A stretch of 63,709 nt of DNA, counting the filler, from Licmophora abbreviata (lineage: Eukaryota), in assembly GCA_900291995.1 (NCBI GenBank). It is 13 parts of 13 records of this genome, joined end to end, with 100 filler letters (N's around TTAATTAATTAA, not from the genome) between each part and the next. Parts side by side here need not be neighbours in the genome. Positions count along the whole stretch, not along the records: positions 58,850 to 61,960 come from OLMU01005102.1; positions 62,061 to 63,709 come from OLMU01005103.1; 11 more parts are not named here. One strand, written 5' to 3'. Position numbers and translations under genes: made by a program. Position 1 is the first letter of the stretch. Every line of letters starts with the position of its first letter. Shown here piece by piece: positions 58,918-63,709 of the stretch. Under the pieces are notes generated by a model. The model made no database searches, had not been told where the DNA came from, and saw nothing but the letters and a program-made list of their open reading frames with translations.

Positions 58918-59526
58918 ATGAGATCGGCTACATCCCTTTTCCTAGCGATTCTGTTGTCATCATCGGGCCACGCTTTCGTCAACCACGGAGTCGCGTTTCG
59001 CGCCTCCTGCAGACTCGACGCAAACACGTACGACGATTGGCGTTCCGATGCTGTCGTTCCGACCATGCCGCTCGACGAGGAAAACGTTCGTTGGTGTATA
59101 CAAGAGCTCATCGCCTCGGATTATGGAAAACAAATGTTTGGCATTCATGATATGCCGGCAGCACATCAGATTACGGGCATGCTGGAGTTTGTTGAACTGG
59201 AAGGTCCTCAAGTCATTGTGCATTTATCGGGTCAGTTCTGGCATCGGCGCGAAACAGTGTTAGGACGTGCTGCCATGTGGCTTCACGCGTGCATACCGGA
59301 AATTACGGATGTCAATGTCGAAAACTTGGAAGAGCTTGAAGACTCTGAGGATGTTCTGGATGAGCTAACGGGTGCACTGGTGGAACGTATCGACAAGAGA
59401 GCCCCGGACTTCAACGGAGACCGGCAGACAATGGAATATCAAGGCATTGATCCCGACATACGTGGGCCTTTTCCGCCTGGTGTAGGTGGACTACGACCCG
59501 GCGGATCAATGATCAACCCAGCGTAG
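58918..59526 (+). CDS. Plastid-targeted NifU C-terminal-like domain protein lacking CxxC
   Basis: Signal peptide ending GHA-FV. PLDEENV, LEFVELEGPQVIVHLSGQFWH and IPEITDV resemble NFU domains. Confidence 0.65.
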   Translation: MRSATSLFLAILLSSSGHAFVNHGVAFRASCRLDANTYDDWRSDAVVPTMPLDEENVRWCIQELIASDYGKQMFGIHDMPAAHQITGMLEFVELEGPQVIVHLSGQFWHRRETVLGRAAMWLHACIPEITDVNVENLEELEDSEDVLDELTGALVERIDKRAPDFNGDRQTMEYQGIDPDIRGPFPPGVGGLRPGGSMINPA

Positions 59527-60283
59527 TGGAGATATGTCATGGAACAGAATTGTTGACCATTGCCAGCTATCCCAGTGGCTACGATTCTGTAGTGCGTCTC
59601 TGCTGTATCACTACTACTCGTACTTGTGAAATTTCGAAAATGCAAGGTGCGACGGACATTAAGCTCCTGGACACTACCAGGTACGACGATCGGTACCGGT
59701 GCGTCGTAAATGGCAACCCGGACCGCATCCCATTGTAATACCCAACACTTAGGTTGTCTGTCTGGCTTCTAGCCAGACCAAAAATCAAAGAGAATCAAAA
59801 ATGAAAAATAGCCACTAAAACGTGAGCAGCGGCTCGCCAACTCGGTATGTGTCTACCTTATTTAAGAGTTTAATACATTCAATTAAAGAATGGTCAACTA
59901 TTTCGTCTATAGTAGATTTTTATTGGCGTTGAAAGTTCAATGCGAGTATCAATTATATACGTGTCTAAATAGTATATCGAACACACCTCCACAAATTGTG
60001 CGCATGATTTCCAACGGCTCGGCTCTGACAAAGAGCTCCATTCCTCTCATCTGTTGCAGTCGATGTCAACGGAACGTAAAAAGGGCAAGTAGTACTGTTT
60101 ATTGTCTTATGCTTCGAAATCTACTCGGTCTCAACTGGCTGGGATGACTGGTCAAGGATATTGTCGCCGACATTAGAAAGCAGAGCTTGCTGTCGACCTC
60201 ACTCGTATTCCGTCTTACATCTTGAATCAATCTTGCCAAATTCGCTCATGCCTCGTTGTGCTTCTTTCGTCCTTCAGGCAGCC

Positions 60284-62328
60284 ATGAAGATTATTTCGTA
60301 TACGGTATCACTTGGCCTTGCCTTCCTTACCATTGTCCACCCAACTGTTGGGGAGCAACGCCGTGGTTTGGCGTTTGAAGAAGATTTCATCTCTCGCAGG
60401 ATCTTGAAATGGCTCTATGGGCTTGTATCTTCCGGTATAGAGGCAGTTCCCCGAAGTGATGGTGGCATTGCAACTTTCTTTAATCTGATTCGTGATCTCA
60501 TAGAGACGCCCCTAGGATTTGAGCGAACTGGTGTGATCGAGAGCTTTCTATCATATGGGGACCCCTACGCTTCTGGAATTTTTGGTCCGATTCCTCCCAA
60601 ATGGTCTGTTGAGGTATTCCCGGACGGGGAGAACCCTGTCAATGAATTGCTACCAGCGGCGTATAATAATAAGTACGCATGGGCAGCGGATTTCAACAAA
60701 GAATGCGGGGTTGGATTTATGGTTCATTCAACTGGCACAAATGGTCTCATTACGCTTCGTCCTACGTTTCCCACGTTGACGTTCCGAGATGCGAACGGAG
60801 AGCTTCTCACCCGGCAGTCCTTCAGAGATCCCCTTGAATCCCTCAATGGACCTGTGCTCGGGCTCCGCTCCGGGCTCGTGACAGGGTGCCCAACGAACAA
60901 CACGATTGAAGCCGTTGTTGCATCGGTTGGAATTCGAGACGACGCTACTGCCAGCACAATCACTCCTTCCAGTCTGTACAAGGTCACGGTCGATCTTGAG
61001 AGCGACGAGATGATCGTCGAGCCTCTTATTCCTGACATCATTCCCTTTGTCGGAGCAAACTCGATTCGCGCCGTAGCTCAGGGTATTGACGCCGATCCAT
61101 GTCATCTGGCCTTTGCTGCCTTGAATGAAAACGGCTTTCCGCCTCAGCTCTCACCTTCACTTTGGACGGTGGATATCTGTGCTGCGGACGTAAGTAGCAC
61201 GCTCACTGAAACAAAGTTCTTTCTTGAGGGACAGCCCACGGACTCTCTCACAGACGAACAAATTATCTGGGACTTTTTGTGTGACGAGCTCGTTTGCTGG
61301 TACAACATGGTTACCATCCTTCCCGATGTGACAAAAGCTTCGGGACTGGATTTGAAACCTCTCCTGTACTATGGAACGAAAGCAGACATCGCTGCCCCAG
61401 TAGGCGGTCCGAAAGAAGAGACCTTCGTGCCTGTCAGGCAAATTGACACGGACGATTTCCTAGACGCATCAGCCCTTGTGCTCGAGCCCATCGACCAGGA
61501 AACAGTGTTCGCTTGCACACTTTCGGGGTATGTCTATCAGGCGGTAACTGCCAGTCCTGATTTCGACTTTTCCTTGGAAAATATTGATCTCGCATTGGCA
61601 GGACTTGAGCTAGGAGCGGGTCAAGCCTGTTACATTTGTGATACTACGTCAAATGACTGCACCCAGGCTAGGGTCCCAGGCTTAGTTGCAACAACTACCT
61701 ACATCTGGCAGACAGTGACATGCGGAGATTACATCTTTTTTGGTACCTACGATTTAACCATGACTCTGGCAGCACTCTTCCTGGCTCTTGCCGAACAGCT
61801 TGCGGAATTTGACGTTGCAAGTCTTGCGCTTCCAGAAGAAACTGAATTGCTGTTCCGGGATGGTGCCGGTGCCATCCTTTTGAGTCTCTTCCTCGAGAAG
61901 TTCATCACCAGGAGTGACATGGGATTTGACATATGGTACGTTCCGAAAGACGAGGTTTCTNNNNNNNNNNNNNNNNNNNNNNNNNNNNNNNNNNNNNNNN
62001 NNNNTTAATTAATTAANNNNNNNNNNNNNNNNNNNNNNNNNNNNNNNNNNNNNNNNNNNNGAAAGACGAGGTTTCTACAACTTGGTTCAGGCCTTTGGTG
62101 CTAGATGGCTTTCGTGGGCTGACGCCTGAGGATGGCAGCGCCTGTGGGGGCACATACTGGACGCGGTACGATGCCACGGCGCCGGTCACTGAGGCGGTCA
62201 GGCAACTGGTATGCCACTCTCAACCAGATGGGTCGCAGCCGGTTCTTTTGGCTGGAAGTGCAGTTTTTGATAGCAGGTCGAGTAGCACTTATGTGATTCG
62301 TTTGGACGAAGAGTGCGCGGCTCCCTAG
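60284..62328 (+). CDS. Secreted protein of unknown function, intronless, spans the overlapping linker
   Basis: Signal peptide MKIISYTVSLGLAFLTIVHPTVG followed by RRGL. GAAAGACGAGGTTTCT occurs on both sides of the linker. Stop at 62328. Confidence 0.75.
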
Positions 62329-63581
62329 TAGTACGGGTACCAGGCAAGGTGCAATCCAGTGCACCAACACATTGTAAGAACAGTTCCCATTCATATAGTC
62401 AGAACAGCTGTGCGACTTGCTCCAGGTGAACCTGCTTTTGCTAGCTTCTATAGAATTTTCCTGGGGCGTGGAGGGGGGGTCGTCAGCCTCTGATCCTCGT
62501 CCTTGATTGGGCAGTTTGACGTAACCTCCTACCAGGTACCAGGTTGTGTCACGGCATACAGTGAACTGTGGCTAGCGTGTGTTCTGGCCTTTGTTCTAAC
62601 TCTCGCGAATTCAAGAAAAGAGCTCGAATCTGGACGAGGCAAAAAAGGTTGTGTATAAGGTATAATCTGTATTCAGCTGATTAAAAGAATTTGTATAAAA
62701 TCATTCAATATTGAATATAATATGTCACGATGTGTTGACTCAAATCGGCAGAATGCCAATGCGCCTGCAAAATGCACATACAGTGTTGTATACGTTTATT
62801 TGATCAATAATATCACGTAGATTTTGTACTGAACAGACTCTTTGACTCGTCTTTCGTATCACCCTGTCATTTTTCGTGAGAATAATGAATATATGACTAT
62901 TAAGCTAAAATATTGAATATATTAAGTTCAGCACTTAATATGTATATTAGAAACACTCCCATAGTACTTTTATGCGTTGAGCCAGCACAAACGTGCGTTG
63001 GGTTGCGTACGTACCCGTCTGGTACAATTTCCCAAGACCGCACTAAACAAGCACGGTCTCATCGGCACTCCCGGCCACGCAGTCCTGTCTCCTCACAGTT
63101 TTCGCAAAGAGTGAACAGAAAATACCTGCTGAGGTACACCCTGTATATGCTTCTGTGGACCTCCTCACACACGTTCAATCCTCTTCACGCTCTTCACGAC
63201 GGTGGATTGACTGTCTCCTGTCCCTCTAATCACTGCTGTTGAAAGACCAGTGGCGGCGACGAACAGAACTTCCCGGTGTTGGTTTTTGGCAGTTCAACGC
63301 ATTGGAATTTCTACGTAGAACTGAGTACAAGCTCTACGTGAGTCTCACTCATTTGTTCAGCAGCACCCCAAGGCGTTCACTTTTTCGCTTGATATCGACG
63401 GAAGTGTGCGGACGGAACAGCAATCAATTGATCGGATGTAAGTTCTTACCTGCTTGTGATTATGTACCGCGCTAGCTGGGTGTTGGAGCGCGACGGTAGA
63501 TTTTTGGACCTTGTCACACTTTCTTGGGATTTTCCTGTACTGGCGTTGAAAAGCCTCTTCTCACGTTCTTGTCACTCTGCC

Positions 63582-63709
63582 ATGTCCTCTTTGACTCAAA
63601 CACAACGTCAGAACCAAGGTCGATCTGTGCTGACGAGCTTCGCCACCATGCAAGACCAAGGTGCAGCCCAGACTGCAGCCGGCAAGAAGTTCGTGCCCAT
63701 CGCCATCTG
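63582..63709 (+). CDS. Possible 5' start of a gene running off the window
   Basis: Open frame MSSLTQTQRQNQG...ATMQDQGAAQ to the window end, with an in-frame GCCACCATG at 63648. Confidence 0.3.
   Translation, partial: MSSLTQTQRQNQGRSVLTSFATMQDQGAAQTAAGKKFVPIAI

Noticed and set aside
5353..62060. Twelve identical TTAATTAATTAA elements as a biological repeat or CRISPR-like array
   Set aside because: Each is embedded in N runs and is a six-frame-stop assembly linker.
62330..63580. AT-rich stretch with short ORFs as a transposon or LTR
   Set aside because: No terminal repeats, transposase or RT motifs were recognised. Treated as intergenic.

Overview
Eukaryotic nuclear DNA with compact genes and short GT-AG introns, most likely from a (pennate) diatom. 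This rests on bipartite 'signal peptide + A-F/A-W' plastid leaders, RxL propeptide sites and the gene repertoire. The window is a scaffold of 13 contigs joined by twelve artificial 100-bp linkers (N44-TTAATTAATTAA-N44). At least six junctions have overlapping flanks, so the contig order is largely credible. About 27 genes or gene fragments are visible: sulfotransferase, RWD protein, DENND4-like Rab GEF, papain-family protease, ricin-like/chalcone-isomerase-fold protein, FAD D-amino-acid-oxidase-family enzyme, opine dehydrogenase, three vanadium-haloperoxidase-like paralogs, nucleolin, GT41 O-GlcNAc transferase, CDPK-like kinase, Cas1p/RWA acetyltransferase, NDUFA6, DUF1350-type hydrolase, RNA polymerase I largest subunit, ALKBH6-like dioxygenase, PXA-PX-Nexin_C sorting nexin, plastid NifU-like protein and several unknown secreted proteins. 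The most interesting observations are: (1) three divergent paralogs with a C-terminal PAS-like domain, a shared N-terminal GYxxD motif, basic NLS-like tracts and a conserved terminal -(A/G)(I/V)G-stop, clustered around RPA1; (2) an opine dehydrogenase/DAO-oxidoreductase pair next to a triplicated secreted haloperoxidase with a variant PAMH active-site motif; (3) a Tudor-like insertion in RNA polymerase I; (4) a small silaffin-like KxxK/RxL secreted protein. All assignments come from motif recognition by eye. No database searches were run.
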